In this document: in pieces, positions 39,190 to 50,276 of the stretch
Layout of the letters: every line of letters starts with the position of its first letter
How positions within the stretch are numbered: position 1 is the stretch's first letter
The notes under the pieces: model-generated
What the model was told of the DNA's origin: nothing
What the model saw: only the letters and a program-made list of their open reading frames with translations
The model's database searches: none
Program-made: the position numbers and the translations under genes
From: Firmicutes bacterium UBA5435
GTDB lineage: Bacteria; Bacillota; UBA5435
Direction of reading: 5' to 3'
Assembly: GCA_002426645.1 (NCBI GenBank)
Contig: DIRN01000071.1
Coordinates: 22,107-86,106 of the forward strand
Length of the DNA stretch: 64,000 nt

Positions 39190-39790
39190 GTCGAAACCCT
39201 TGCGCAAATTCTACTGAGCCCCTTGGAAGGAAACCTCTGTCACACAGATTGCGTAAAACGTCAGCAATATTTTATACTATCCTTATACCATCAAAACCCT
39301 TAGAAAGAGATTTGATCGTATAAAAGTGTGCGTATAGTCTACAATTACCACTTCATTCGGGTATAGATCGCTTTTGCTCTTGATAGCAGTTTTTATTCGT
39401 GTCTCAACAAAAACAATTTCTTGTGCAGTCGGAGTAACCCCTATAGTCATTTTTACTACTTTTCTGACAAAAGCCTACGATATCCTCCCATTTTACGTTC
39501 TATAAAAGCTGTTCAGACATTTACTACACTCCATTTAACGTATGATTTAATGTTACTGCTCCAAGGACTGTGCGAAAGTTCGTGCCATCTTTCATATAAC
39601 GCCCACGAATTGTAGAAGTCCGTAGGACTTAAGTTAGGCACAACTTCTTTGAATCCACTCCAATCCGACGGGTCTTACAGACTTAAACTCACGAATTTGG
39701 GCTGTAACACCGAAATTTCCCGGATTCTTTACTATCCAGTGCGAAGCCTGCAACTTGTTGTTAATCGCAGTAATCATACTCCCTAAAAGC
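39190..39790 (-). pseudogene. degenerate transposase/RT-like remnants (no intact ORF)
   Basis: Minus-strand fragments: ...PNEVVIVDYTHTFI (DDE-transposase-like D motif), ...SMITAINNKLQASHWIVKNPGNFGVTAQIREF..., ...LRTSTIRGRYMKDGTNFRTVLG... All are interrupted by stops. Confidence 0.3.
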
Positions 39791-39802
39791 CATGGCTGGC
39801 AT

Positions 39803-40915
39803 TTATTCTGGGAAAGCCATCCCCAAAATTATTGCTCTATATGATAAATCGTTTATTGCTTTATAAAAAACCGATTTATGCGAACCACTATCACGGTATC
39901 CTGACCTTGTCCCTTTCTTTAACTCTTTTAGAATTTCTTGCTTCCAGTATTGTGTAACCTCTAGTGAAAATTCAATATTATCTTTTCTATCAAATTCAAT
40001 CCATCGTGCTTCACGTACTCTGTTCTTACCTCTGCTATAGAAATAACGTTCATCGTCGTTTATTATTTTATCTTTAATGAAATTATCTACCGAATCATAT
40101 TCTAACGGTAGAATTAAACCCAGCTCACCGTTAGGTCTACTTCTCAAAACATATCGTTGATTCACAGTAATACACAGTTTGCCATCTCTGTAAATAGACA
40201 TTACCAATCTTTCATCATCATCAGTAAGACCAGTCCAATCAAATATTTTTTTAGCGAAATCAAAATAATCGTTTAGCCATTTTTTGCTGGGATATTTCCT
40301 CAAGCACTTTAATAATATCTCGTCATTGTCCTTCTTATTGTTATCAATCTTCTCCATCTTCGATTTATTTAGTGGCGTTTTTGATAGTAATGACATTTTA
40401 GGTTTAATTTCTGAAATATCATATAATGACATACTGGAGTTATAATAATCATTCAAATCATTTATATTTACACAATCCGAATCAAGCCATAACCAACTAA
40501 ACCATTGAGTTAATTCTTGCACCTTTTCCAAATCCCATATCTCAACAGACATTTCAATTCTTTTTATAATACCTTTTTGTGTGAAATTAGCTGAACCTAG
40601 AATCGCTTTGTCCCCAGCTACTATAACTTTTGCATGTATGTCTTTATAATGATGGATTTGTTTCGAAAATTCTTCAATAAAATCTTTAACTTGATTTCTT
40701 TTGCTTTTATTATGAGAGATAATCCATTCTTCAATATCTGTTATTAGTTGCCAAGAAAGAGAAAGACCAATAATTTGTCGAAAATAATCTAATCCTATAT
40801 ATGGAGATACTACTTTTATATCCTTATTCATTACAATACCTTTAATAGCCCTGTCAAATGGCGATATGCCACCAGAAATACTTTCTTTATCATGATAAAT
40901 AAGCTTAATGCCCAT
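39803..40915 (-). CDS. phospholipase D-family (single HKD motif) nuclease with an uncharacterised C-terminal domain
   Basis: HAKVIVAGDKAILGSANFTQKG is an HxK(x4)D(x6)GSxN motif. 370 aa. The N-terminal PLD domain plus an unknown C-terminal half of about 200 aa resembles the Nuc/BfiI architecture. Confidence 0.65.
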   Translation of the reverse strand: MGIKLIYHDKESISGGISPFDRAIKGIVMNKDIKVVSPYIGLDYFRQIIGLSLSWQLITDIEEWIISHNKSKRNQVKDFIEEFSKQIHHYKDIHAKVIVAGDKAILGSANFTQKGIIKRIEMSVEIWDLEKVQELTQWFSWLWLDSDCVNINDLNDYYNSSMSLYDISEIKPKMSLLSKTPLNKSKMEKIDNNKKDNDEILLKCLRKYPSKKWLNDYFDFAKKIFDWTGLTDDDERLVMSIYRDGKLCITVNQRYVLRSRPNGELGLILPLEYDSVDNFIKDKIINDDERYFYSRGKNRVREARWIEFDRKDNIEFSLEVTQYWKQEILKELKKGTRSGYRDSGSHKSVFYKAINDLSYRAIILGMAFPE

Positions 40916-41357
40916 CTTTTTCCTCCTTAAATATGCTTTCTTTTATTTGGGGTGGCGAGATGCCACACCGTCTTATCTTTCGGTAATTATGGCAGCTAAC
41001 GTTTCCAAAGTTTCTGAAATCCGGATTATTGAATACGAATATACATCTTAAATCCACACTTCCTTCTAATAGAGTATGTCCCAAAACCTGTAGCATTTAA
41101 AATAACGCTGTCAGCCTAATTGTAATATAAATAGATAGAACCCAAAAATAAATAAGAAAGAACAATTAATAGTACTATACCACAAAACGGAAACTGTGGG
41201 AAGAGATCGCATTAGATTCAAAATAAAAATTCTCCGGAAAGCGTATTGAACTCTTTATGAGAGTTGCCTATATACCAAAAGAAGGGCACCTCACATTAAA
41301 GATTTCTAACAAGATAATAGACAGCAAGCAGGGACTGCTAGCACAGAAACGCGGTAC

Positions 41358-41963
41358 TTAAGATTGTCTTTTCCAGAGACGGAACCGGGATTTATACAAC
41401 AGCGAATACCACCAATGAGTCTTTATTACTCGTTCGATATAGCCTCGGGTCTCGGGAAAAGGAATTGAATCTATATCTTCAGCCGTACCAGACCATCTGC
41501 CTTCTCTTAACCATATAGATACATTACCCTTCCCAGCATTATAAGCAGCTAAAGCCAGAGGAAGTTCACTATTAAATTCCCTCATAAGAGAAGATATATA
41601 CCAGACACCCAACATTATATTTACCTCTGGATCAAAGAGCATATTATCATCAAAATCCACTAGCCCAACCTGGGATGCTATCCATCTACCAGTATCAGGC
41701 ATAACCTGCATAAGCCCTCTAGCCCCTCTTCTAGACTCCGCGGTTTCACGGAAATTGCTCTCCACATGAATCATAGCAGCAACCAAAAGAGGATCAACAG
41801 AATATTGATCAGAATATTCATAGATCTCTTCTTTATACTCAAAAGGATATGTAAACCTTAAAAACGAAAACAAACCTACTATTGATATAGTAAAGGCAAT
41901 AAGCACAGAGAAAAAAGATACAAGTATTCTTCTGAGGGATAACTTCACTAAAAATCGCTCCAA
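41358..41963 (-). CDS. lytic transglycosylase (SLT domain) with N-terminal membrane anchor
   Basis: ESNFRETAESRRGARGLMQV ... YNAGKGNV catalytic Glu region. 201 aa. Confidence 0.8.
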   Translation of the reverse strand: MERFLVKLSLRRILVSFFSVLIAFTISIVGLFSFLRFTYPFEYKEEIYEYSDQYSVDPLLVAAMIHVESNFRETAESRRGARGLMQVMPDTGRWIASQVGLVDFDDNMLFDPEVNIMLGVWYISSLMREFNSELPLALAAYNAGKGNVSIWLREGRWSGTAEDIDSIPFPETRGYIERVIKTHWWYSLLYKSRFRLWKRQS

Positions 41964-42597
41964 TCACAATAAAGATGAAGGACCTCTAAGTCCACTCAAA
42001 CTCTGCCAAAGGACCTTCACCTTCTCTTCCAATTCCTTTATACAAAAACTATTATTCTCTATCACATAATCAGCAAAGGGTAACCTCTTTTCAATAGGAA
42101 GTTGCGCATGGATCCGCTTACTAGCCTCTTCGAAAGTTAAACCATCCCTCTCTATAATGCGCTTCAGCTGTACCTCCCTAGAAGCTACTACTAGTATTAT
42201 CTTATCCACGAGTTTTGTCATACCCGCTTCAATGAGTAAAGCAGCATCTATCACAGCTACATCTACACTAGTCTCCCATTCCTTGAGACTCTCCATTATC
42301 CTATCCTCTATGACTGGATGAGTTATAGAATTAAGAAACTGGAGGTCTGCTGGAGAAGAAAAGACTACCTCGCCTAGCTTTTTCCTGTTTATAGTGCCAT
42401 CTTCATTTAAAATGCCATGTCCAAAGGTCTCTACAATCTTAGAACAAACTTCTTTATCTAATAGGACACTATGTCCTATTTTATCTGCATCAATGACCAT
42501 CGCACCATAATCTTGAAGAAATTTAGCTACAGTAGACTTTCCAGAACCAATGCCGCCAGTTAAGCCCAGAACTAAAATCTTTCTTACCCTCTTTCAT
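41964..42597 (-). CDS. coaE: dephospho-CoA kinase
   Basis: The true start is upstream of the ORF-track Met: [42 protein letters not shown] (P-loop). The start overlaps the polA stop. Confidence 0.8.
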
Positions 42598-42599
42598 AA

Positions 42600-45329
42600 T
42601 TAATATGCAGATACCTTACTCAATAGTCCTACAATATCACTATCCATATCAGCCCAATTCTGGCCTGCATTTAGTTCTACCTTTAACGGTACACTCATAG
42701 TGAATACATTCTCCATGATCTCCTTTACCATCTCACCCGCTTCAAGAAGTTCTTCTATAGGAACCTCAAGGAGCAACTCGTCATGTACTTGAAGGAGCAA
42801 TTGTGAAAAAAACCCTCTCTCTTTTAACTCCCTTGCTACTTTGATCATAGCCATCTTAATGATATCAGCAGCAGTCCCCTGTATCGGGGTATTCATAGCA
42901 GTACGCTCGCCAAAGTTTCGAATACCTGCATTTCTATTCTTTAGTTCAGGGAGATATCGCTTACGATTAAGCAACGTAGTCACATAACCTTCTTCATAAG
43001 CTTGTTTTACTATTTTTTCTATGTACTCCTTAACTCCCTTATACTTATTGAAGTAACTATCTATATACTCCTCAGCTTCTTTCCTACTAACGTTTATGCC
43101 CTTAGCAAGCCCAAAGGGGCTTATCCCATAGATTATTCCAAAGTTTACTGCCTTTGCTTTATTCCTCTGTTCACCAGTTACCTCCTCTAAAGGTATGCCA
43201 AAGACCTCTGAGGCAGTCCTAGTATGAACATCCTGATCCTTTATGAATGAATCAACTAGATTCTCATCACCAGATATATGAGCTAAAACCCGCAACTCAA
43301 TCTGAGAATAATCTGCTGACAAAAAGAGATGACCCTTCTTTCCAGGTACAAAGACCCTTCGGATCCTCTTACCCTCCTCAGTCCTAACAGGTATGTTCTG
43401 GAGATTAGGTTCAGCGCTACTTAATCTACCAGTGGCAGTAACAGCCTGATTAAAGGTTGTATGTAACCGCCCAGTCTTAGAATTTATAAGTTCAGGGAAA
43501 GCATCTGCATAAGTGGACTTTAACTTTAATAACTGTCTATACTCTATAATAGCATCAGCTATTGGATGATGCTTCCGCAACCTCTCTAAAACATCAGCAT
43601 CTGTAGAATATCCTGTCTTAGTTCGTTTAATAACTGGTAAGCCAAGCTTTTCAAAGAGTATCTTCCCTAGTTGCTTAGGAGAATTAGGATTAACCTCTTC
43701 CCTAGCAAAGTACTGAATTGTATTATTAAGCTCAGCCAGTTTATCTTCCCACTCTTTACTGATTAAGGATAAACCTTGCTCATCAACGGCTATCCCCGCT
43801 AGTTCCATATCAGCCAAAACCTCTACAAGAGGCATCTCTATATCAGCGAAGAGTTTCAATAAAGACTCTCCCTCTATTCTTTTCTGCAACATATGATTTA
43901 TACTAAGTATATCTCGAACATCTTGGCATATCTCTTCTGAAAGGGGTTGAGGTTCTATACTCCCCCCAGATAAAGAGCGATAACCCTGTTCCTTTCTAAG
44001 CTGCCTACCTAGATATCTGGTAACCAGTTTCTCTAATTCGTGATCTGAAGAGGCGGTATCAACTAAATAAGAAGCAATCATTATATCAGAGGCTAGTCCA
44101 TTTAATTCTAAACCCGCTCTACTAGCAAGTACAAATTTATATTTTCCATCATGACATATCTTCTTTACATCGGGGTTCTTAAAGAGATCAGACATCATAT
44201 TCATTGCAAGATCTCTATCGACTCCAGCCCCTTGATGTAAAGGTACATAATACCCTATTTCTGTATTAATAGCAAAGGCAATGCCAAGAACGTTTGCCTT
44301 CATAGGATCATAGTGATCCGTTGCTACCTCAAGAGAGAGCTCCTTACAGCTCTGGACCTTTTCTATCACTGCTTCTAGTTCTTCCTGAGATCTAACGATT
44401 ATATTCTCGCCTTTAATCTCAGAAGTAAAAGTATCTGAACTTATCTCTTCACCATGGGCAAAGCGTTCTATAAAACGCTCAGTAAAATTCCTAAGCTCAA
44501 GACGTTCAAAGAGTTCAAGAACCTTAGCTGCATCAGGCTCCTTTACCTTACAATCCTCCACATTAAAATCTATAGGTACATCCTGCACTATAGTTGCAAG
44601 TTTCTTACTGAGTATGGCCTGATCAGAGTACTCTTCAAGGAGCCTTCGACACCTTGCACTTTTAACCTGGTGGGTCTTTGTTAGGAGCTCTTCTAAGTCT
44701 TGGAAGTCCTCCATAAGCATTAGAGCGGTTTTCACTCCTATCCCTGGTATCCCCGGAATATTATCTGACTTATCCCCCATCAACCCCTTAATATCCACGA
44801 GAAGAGCTGGAGGAGCTCCATATTCCTCTCTGACCTTCTCTTCATCAAAGGTCACAGTATCAGTTATTCCCTTCTTCACTAACATAACGCGGATACCTGG
44901 TCTAATAAGTTGAAGGAGGTCCCTGTCACTAGATACGATAAGAACATCACGGTCCTCCTTCATAGCTCTTATAGCCAGAGTACCGATTACATCATCCGCT
45001 TCAAATCCATCCATCTCAAAGCGCGCGAAATTAAAAGAATCAATTAAGTCTCGAATTATTGGAAGCTGTGCACCTAACTCATCTGGCATCTTACTACGAT
45101 TAGCCTTATATTCATCGAAGAGTTCATGGCGAAAAGTAGGAGTACCAGTATCAAAAGTCACCGCTACATACTGAGGGGCCTCCTCATCAAGGAGTTTCAT
45201 CAACATAGTAGTAAATCCATAGACTGCATTTGTAGATTCCCCATGTGATGTAGATAAGCTAGGGAGAGCATAAAATGCCCTATACACCAAAGAATTACCA
45301 TCAATTATTACAAACTTCCCTTTACTCAT
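42600..45329 (-). CDS. polA: DNA polymerase I
   Basis: 909 aa. 5'-3' exonuclease N-terminus (FVIIDGNSLVYRAFYA), 3'-5' exonuclease region, and polymerase motifs (DYSQIELR, QVHDEL). Confidence 0.95.
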   Translation of the reverse strand: MSKGKFVIIDGNSLVYRAFYALPSLSTSHGESTNAVYGFTTMLMKLLDEEAPQYVAVTFDTGTPTFRHELFDEYKANRSKMPDELGAQLPIIRDLIDSFNFARFEMDGFEADDVIGTLAIRAMKEDRDVLIVSSDRDLLQLIRPGIRVMLVKKGITDTVTFDEEKVREEYGAPPALLVDIKGLMGDKSDNIPGIPGIGVKTALMLMEDFQDLEELLTKTHQVKSARCRRLLEEYSDQAILSKKLATIVQDVPIDFNVEDCKVKEPDAAKVLELFERLELRNFTERFIERFAHGEEISSDTFTSEIKGENIIVRSQEELEAVIEKVQSCKELSLEVATDHYDPMKANVLGIAFAINTEIGYYVPLHQGAGVDRDLAMNMMSDLFKNPDVKKICHDGKYKFVLASRAGLELNGLASDIMIASYLVDTASSDHELEKLVTRYLGRQLRKEQGYRSLSGGSIEPQPLSEEICQDVRDILSINHMLQKRIEGESLLKLFADIEMPLVEVLADMELAGIAVDEQGLSLISKEWEDKLAELNNTIQYFAREEVNPNSPKQLGKILFEKLGLPVIKRTKTGYSTDADVLERLRKHHPIADAIIEYRQLLKLKSTYADAFPELINSKTGRLHTTFNQAVTATGRLSSAEPNLQNIPVRTEEGKRIRRVFVPGKKGHLFLSADYSQIELRVLAHISGDENLVDSFIKDQDVHTRTASEVFGIPLEEVTGEQRNKAKAVNFGIIYGISPFGLAKGINVSRKEAEEYIDSYFNKYKGVKEYIEKIVKQAYEEGYVTTLLNRKRYLPELKNRNAGIRNFGERTAMNTPIQGTAADIIKMAMIKVARELKERGFFSQLLLQVHDELLLEVPIEELLEAGEMVKEIMENVFTMSVPLKVELNAGQNWADMDSDIVGLLSKVSAY

Positions 45330-45371
45330 AAATAGACACTACCTTCCTCTTACGGCGCTTTGAGATGAAAA

Positions 45372-46349
45372 TTATGCCCACCACATCCCGCCAGCCGTCT
45401 CAGATATAATAACTTCCTTTAAAAAGCTAAGGGCCTTCTCAAAACCCTCCTTAGAGGTCATGAGGCTATCTTCATGTTCAATACTGAGCACATCATCATA
45501 ACCTACCATAGAAAGTGCGCTTATCATATCCTTCCACACCTGATATCCATGTCCATAGCCTACAGTCCTAAATATCCATGCTCGATTTATCTCATCCCCA
45601 TAATGTTTGGTATCAAGGACTCCTATTCTATTAACATTTATAGAATCAATCTTACAGTCCTTAGCATGTACATGATATATTGAATCACCTAGCATCCTAA
45701 TAGCGTCTACAGGATTAATACCTTGCCAAAAAAGGTGACTTGGATCAAAATTAGCACCTATGACATTACCTACAGCATCCCGTAACTTTAATAATGTCTC
45801 AGGATTATATACAACAAATCCAGGATGCATCTCAAGGCATATCTTTTCTATCCCGTGATCCTTTGCAAAAGCCACTTCCTTTTCCCAAAAAGGTATGACC
45901 TTTTCCTCCCACTGCCATTTGAGTACCTTTAGAAAATCCTCTGGCCATGGACAAGTTACCCAGTTAGGGTACTTAGAACCATCAGAATCACCTGGACAAC
46001 CTGAAAAAGTTACGATCTTATCTACCCCTAGTTTCTCAGCTAGAAGAATAGTCTTTCTTTGATCATCTAAAAACTTCTGAGCGATATCAGCCTGAGGGTG
46101 AAGAGGATTCCCATGGCAACTTAATGCCGATATCTCCATACCATGATCTTGAATTGCTCGCTTGAATTCCATAAGCTCCTTCTCATCAGAAAGTAATAGA
46201 TCAGGTTTACAGTGAGCATCCCCTGGATATCCACCGCACCCTAATTCTACAGCCTGAACCCCTGATCTACTCAAGTAATTCAGTACATCATTAAGATTCT
46301 CGTCTCCAAATAAAACTGTTAATACACCTATCTTCATAACTCTTACCAC
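45372..46349 (-). CDS. sugar phosphate isomerase/epimerase (xylose isomerase-like TIM barrel)
   Basis: 325 aa TIM-barrel family. HLGxxE/H metal-ligand pattern. Confidence 0.7.
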   Translation of the reverse strand: MVRVMKIGVLTVLFGDENLNDVLNYLSRSGVQAVELGCGGYPGDAHCKPDLLLSDEKELMEFKRAIQDHGMEISALSCHGNPLHPQADIAQKFLDDQRKTILLAEKLGVDKIVTFSGCPGDSDGSKYPNWVTCPWPEDFLKVLKWQWEEKVIPFWEKEVAFAKDHGIEKICLEMHPGFVVYNPETLLKLRDAVGNVIGANFDPSHLFWQGINPVDAIRMLGDSIYHVHAKDCKIDSINVNRIGVLDTKHYGDEINRAWIFRTVGYGHGYQVWKDMISALSMVGYDDVLSIEHEDSLMTSKEGFEKALSFLKEVIISETAGGMWWA

Positions 46350-46370
46350 CTCTCTTCTAAAGATTAAATA

Positions 46371-47537
46371 TTATATCTTTATCCAGGTACCAGTATCACT
46401 TGACCTTTCGACAGCATCAAGAACCTCCTGACATCTCACACCATCAACAAAGTTAGGTTCAGGCATACGATCATTTGCTAAAGCCTCCATGAGTTCATAA
46501 ACCTGATTTACAAAAGTATGTTCATACCCAATAATATGACCCGGCGGCCACCACGCCTTAATATAAGGATGTACCTCCTCTGTCACAAGGATCGTCTTAA
46601 ATCCCTGAGCATAATCAGGATCTTCAGATGAGAAGACCTCTAATTCATTCATGCGTTCAAAGTTAAAGACTATACTTCCCTTACTTCCATTTATCTCTAT
46701 CTTCTCATGATTCTTTCTACCATTTGCAAACCTAGTAGCTTCAAAGGTCCCTACAGCTCCATTAGCAAATCTAGCTAAAAAGAGCGCTGCATCATCTACA
46801 GTCACTTCGCCCTTCTCTTGGCTCCCTTTAGCTGAAAGATCACCAGTAGTCTCAATTAATATAGGTCTTTCCTTTATAAATGTAGTCAGAAATCCATTAA
46901 CTTCTGAAAATTCCCCAACAAGGAACCTAGCTAAATCAATTATATGGGCACCTATATCACCTAGAGCACCACTCCCAGCGGACTCCTTCTTCAATCTCCA
47001 CACAAGAGGAAAATCAGGATCCATTATCCAGCTCTGCAAGTATACAGCTCGTACATGATATATCTTACCTACGAATCCTTCACCTATAAGTCTCTTTGCT
47101 AGTTGTATAGCAGGGCATCTCCTATAGTTAAAGTTTATCATATGTTTAACACCGGCTTTTTCTACTGCATCTAGCATCTCTCGGGCCTCAGCTAGCGTAG
47201 GCGCCATAGGTTTTTCAAGAAGAATATCCTTACCCGCTTGGGCAGCAGCAATTGCAATGTCCCTATGTGAATCATTTCCTGTACAGATATCTACTAAATC
47301 AATATCATCCCTTTCAATGATTCTCTGCCATGAAGTTTCATAAGATTCCCATCCCCATCTCTCTGCTGCATCCTTTACTGCTTCTTCATTACGTCCACAG
47401 ATCGCCTTCATTACAGGCTGTGCAGACGCATCAAAGAACATAGACATATCCTTAAAAGCGTGGCTATGTGCCTTACCCATAAACTTATACCCAATAAGCC
47501 CCACATTTATCTTTTTAACCAAGATATCGTCCTCCAT
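46371..47537 (-). CDS. Gfo/Idh/MocA family oxidoreductase
   Basis: [13 protein letters not shown]-terminus and an EKP motif ([10 protein letters not shown]). Confidence 0.8.
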   Translation of the reverse strand: MEDDILVKKINVGLIGYKFMGKAHSHAFKDMSMFFDASAQPVMKAICGRNEEAVKDAAERWGWESYETSWQRIIERDDIDLVDICTGNDSHRDIAIAAAQAGKDILLEKPMAPTLAEAREMLDAVEKAGVKHMINFNYRRCPAIQLAKRLIGEGFVGKIYHVRAVYLQSWIMDPDFPLVWRLKKESAGSGALGDIGAHIIDLARFLVGEFSEVNGFLTTFIKERPILIETTGDLSAKGSQEKGEVTVDDAALFLARFANGAVGTFEATRFANGRKNHEKIEINGSKGSIVFNFERMNELEVFSSEDPDYAQGFKTILVTEEVHPYIKAWWPPGHIIGYEHTFVNQVYELMEALANDRMPEPNFVDGVRCQEVLDAVERSSDTGTWIKI

Positions 47538-47646
47538 TTCTTGCTAATTAAATATTATAGATTAAACAAAGATGAGTCCTTACTAGATTCTTTTTCTACA
47601 TCAATCGATAATATCCTGCCACTTTAAGAAGCAATTTAAAAGGTAA

Positions 47647-48363
47647 TCAGATTAACCTAGAGATAAAGCTCATAAAGAGAAAGCCTGAGAGAAAACCTAG
47701 AGAGGTAATAACGCTATTATATTGCCGAGAAGTAGGAAGGATCTCATGAATCACTATAAAAAGCATAGTTCCTGCCGCTAAAGCTAGCCCTAAAGATAGA
47801 AAACCTTCAAAGAGACCAGAAAAGAAAAGTCCTAAGAGAGTACCTACTGGGGTTACCAAACCTACAGCAAACGCTATACCAACTGTCTGAGCTATAGAGG
47901 TATCCGCCACCCTTAAAGGCGTAGCTATAGCCAAACCAAGGGGAAGATTATGGAGGACCACTGCTAAAGTCACCATAAGCCCAATAGAAGTCGATACCTC
48001 AAATCCAACACCCATAGCAAGACCATCGAAGAGATTATGCATTGCAATGCCATATGAAATAGTCATCCCTGCTTTGCGAAGATCATGCAAATGCCCATCA
48101 CACTCATGGTGATCAGAAATCCTCTCTACTATAATTCCAAGAAAATAGCCTGCTATTACCCCCGAAAGCGTTATGCTTATATTTCCATACTCTATAGACT
48201 CAGGGAGTAGCTCCCAAATTACAATAGAAAGTATTACTCCAGCAGCTACCCCAAGTATCAATGATAGCCCTCTGCGGCTGGGTTTAGGTAAGAAAGAAGC
48301 GAAGGTACTGGTTATCCCAATGATAAGTCCAGCTACTATACTAAAAAAGAATGGAACAAGCAT
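47647..48363 (-). CDS. ZIP family divalent metal (zinc) transporter
   Basis: 238 aa, about 8 TM helices. HNLPLGLAIA and HEILPTS signature histidines. Confidence 0.75.
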   Translation of the reverse strand: MLVPFFFSIVAGLIIGITSTFASFLPKPSRRGLSLILGVAAGVILSIVIWELLPESIEYGNISITLSGVIAGYFLGIIVERISDHHECDGHLHDLRKAGMTISYGIAMHNLFDGLAMGVGFEVSTSIGLMVTLAVVLHNLPLGLAIATPLRVADTSIAQTVGIAFAVGLVTPVGTLLGLFFSGLFEGFLSLGLALAAGTMLFIVIHEILPTSRQYNSVITSLGFLSGFLFMSFISRLI

Positions 48364-48424
48364 ATTAAACCTGCTTTCTTATGGATTTACTAAGCTCATC
48401 ACTAATAGTATTATACCACAAATA

Positions 48425-48453
48425 TTGCATATAGTATCTATTCATGATATGAT
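48425..48453 (+). promoter_or_regulatory. sigma-A promoter upstream of yigZ
   Basis: TTGCAT (48425-48430), 17 nt spacer, TATGAT (48448-48453). RBS AGGAGG 12 nt before the ATG at 48485. Confidence 0.5.
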
Positions 48454-48484
48454 TTCATTATAGCAATAGGAGGTATTTTTCCAT

Positions 48485-49108
48485 ATGGGTAAGGGATTTA
48501 AAGAAGAGGATATAATTATAGATGAATATCTAACAGTTTCCAAGAAGGCTACATCTGAATTAAAGGTACAGCGTTCTCTCTTTATAGGAACCACTGCTCC
48601 AATTGAATCAGAGGAAGCTGCTAAGGATTTTATCTCTCAAATCCAAGGCAAATATAAGGATGCTACACATAACTGTTACGCATACATAGTTAATACTGAC
48701 TCAGAGAATGTAGAATATTATAGTGATGCTGGGGAGCCTTCAGGGAGCGCAGGGCGACCCATATTAAACGCAATAAAATCCAAGGACATAACTAACGTGA
48801 TAATTGTTGTAACTAGATACTTCGGGGGCAAAAAACTAGGAATACGAGGCCTAATAGATGCCTATGGCGCAACTGCTTTATCTGTCATAGAAGAAGCGGG
48901 AATAACAAAGAGGGTTATAGAAGAAGAGGTCTACCTCACCTGCGACTACAAAGTTTTAGATAAAGCCATGTACTATCTTTCCCAACATCAAGGTAAGGTA
49001 ATAGAAAGCGATTATAGTGATGAGGTTCATTTAAAAGTAAGGGTAAGAAAGGCTACCCTCCCTACCCTTACTCAAACGTTAGCTTCTCTAGGTATTAAAT
49101 TAGAATAA
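48485..49108 (+). CDS. yigZ: IMPACT/YigZ family protein
   Basis: UPF0029 signature region HNCYAYIV...DAGEPSGSAGRPIL. 207 aa. Confidence 0.8.
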   Translation: MGKGFKEEDIIIDEYLTVSKKATSELKVQRSLFIGTTAPIESEEAAKDFISQIQGKYKDATHNCYAYIVNTDSENVEYYSDAGEPSGSAGRPILNAIKSKDITNVIIVVTRYFGGKKLGIRGLIDAYGATALSVIEEAGITKRVIEEEVYLTCDYKVLDKAMYYLSQHQGKVIESDYSDEVHLKVRVRKATLPTLTQTLASLGIKLE

Positions 49109-50078
49109 CCTCATCTACCTTAACAGGTCTACCCAAACGAGCAGACTCATTAGCCGCAATAGATACAGCCATGCTCTTTATTCCATCTTCATAATCTGAG
49201 AGGATCTTTGAAGGATCTCCTGTCTGTATCGCATCGACAAAGGTCTTATTAATATCATCTCCAGCCAAGCTCATAGCCTTCCACCCCTCATCTTCAGGCC
49301 AAATCTTCACTTCATTTGCAGTCCATTCCATCCGATATCTATCAAAGAAGATATTAAGTACATTCGCGTTTGACCAATCATTAGTATCCCATGCCCACGT
49401 AGTAGATATTGAGCCTATAGCACCATTCTTGAACTTCAAAAGAGTACTATAAACATCTGGCGATCCTGTCTTTTCTAAGAGACGCTTCTCTTGTAACGAG
49501 TATACTTCATCTACCTCTCCAATTAGATACCTCATCATATCTAAAGTATGAGTAGCCTGCTCTAAGAGTTGTCCCCCAGACTTATAGATAGAGGTTCGCC
49601 AATCATCACGATTCCTAGCTATACCGCACCAATATCGGCCCTCAACCATGCCAACCTGCTTATCTTCTAAAATCGTCTTGCCTTTTTGGGCACTAGCTTT
49701 ATATCTTAACTGGTATCCTACAGACGTAATAAGATCCTTTTCTTTGACTGCAGAACCTATCTTAGTAGCGGTTTCAATATCAAGGGCCACAGGTTTCTCA
49801 ACGAGAAATGGAATGTTTCTATCTATTACCTCTAATTCAATTTCGCCATGTGCAAATACAGGTATACTTATCATAACTCCGTGGATTTCTTCTGCATCTA
49901 GCATCTCTCTGTAATCTGTATATGCACGGCCCCCAAAATCCTGCGAAGCCTTTTTAGCTGATTCTTCAACTACATCGCAAACCCCTACTATCTCTGCATT
50001 TTCTAACTTAGCCACTGTAGCCATATGACCCCTAGCATTTCCACCGCATCCGATAAAACCAATCTTAACCTTATTCAT
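49095..50078 (-). CDS. Gfo/Idh/MocA family oxidoreductase
   Basis: GFIGCGGNARGHM N-terminus and an EKP motif (FLVEKPVALD). Its 3' end overlaps yigZ by 14 nt (convergent). Confidence 0.8.
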   Translation of the reverse strand: MNKVKIGFIGCGGNARGHMATVAKLENAEIVGVCDVVEESAKKASQDFGGRAYTDYREMLDAEEIHGVMISIPVFAHGEIELEVIDRNIPFLVEKPVALDIETATKIGSAVKEKDLITSVGYQLRYKASAQKGKTILEDKQVGMVEGRYWCGIARNRDDWRTSIYKSGGQLLEQATHTLDMMRYLIGEVDEVYSLQEKRLLEKTGSPDVYSTLLKFKNGAIGSISTTWAWDTNDWSNANVLNIFFDRYRMEWTANEVKIWPEDEGWKAMSLAGDDINKTFVDAIQTGDPSKILSDYEDGIKSMAVSIAANESARLGRPVKVDEVILI

Positions 50079-50276
50079 AGCCTTATTATCCTCCTTAAAT
50101 GATTAGCTGTATCATAAAGCAATTGTGACATATACCAAACTTCATATAGAGCAAATAAGATTACACAGAATGTAAAAGCGTCGTCTCTTGTCACTTCTTC
50201 CTATCCAACATGCTTTAAAACACCTTTTACATTATTCGCCACTTTTTCATAGTTTCCTTCTAGTTTTTTAATAAGT

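Noticed and set aside
48364-48484. Zur-box upstream of the ZIP transporter gene
   Set aside because: The AAATCATATCATGAAT segment only loosely resembles the Firmicutes Zur consensus (AAATCGTAATNATTACGATTT). It is not convincing without a motif scan.
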